64,000 nt of DNA from the human T2T-CHM13v2.0 reference genome, Homo sapiens. The position numbers were made by a program, and so were the translations under genes. The stretch lies in NCBI RefSeq assembly GCF_009914755.1, contig NC_060933.1, one strand, 5' to 3'. Below, piece by piece: positions 56,720-64,000 of this stretch. The notes under the pieces are model-generated. The model had not been told where the DNA came from. It did no database searches and worked only from the letters and a program-made list of their open reading frames with translations. Position 1 is the first letter of the stretch; each line of letters starts with the position of its first letter.

Positions 56720-64000
<7,281 letters not shown>

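Overview
Human genomic DNA (Alu-dense, GC-rich), recognisable from its spliced proteins as the POMT1-UCK1-PRRT1B region (9q34.13 by recalled gene order). It holds three intact protein-coding genes reconstructed exon by exon from GT-AG boundaries. POMT1 (+) has 19 coding exons at 1113-20068 and encodes 747 aa, or 725 aa via an alternative donor. UCK1 (-) has 7 exons at 28136-22002 and encodes 277 aa; it is convergent with POMT1 and the two share a poly(A) zone. PRRT1B (+) has 4 exons at 42576-55178 and encodes a 263-aa CD225/dispanin protein. PRRT1B intron 1 carries a sense-oriented, internally deleted HERV-H provirus (44167-48889) that splits an Alu and itself contains an AluY. Other features are a ~960-bp ETS-motif minisatellite in a POMT1 intron, MER1A, MLT1, MER74-like, L1 and many Alu repeats. 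No prokaryotic-type system, CRISPR array or RNA gene is present, and most ORFs in the track are Alu- or GC-derived noise. The best candidates for something undescribed are regulatory and untested: a 15-bp repeat forming nine in-frame 5' splice sites at PRRT1B exon 1; a HERV-H promoter/exon cassette poised to splice into PRRT1B, with the poly(A) hexamer disrupted in both LTRs; a candidate poison exon in UCK1; and the ETS-site VNTR.
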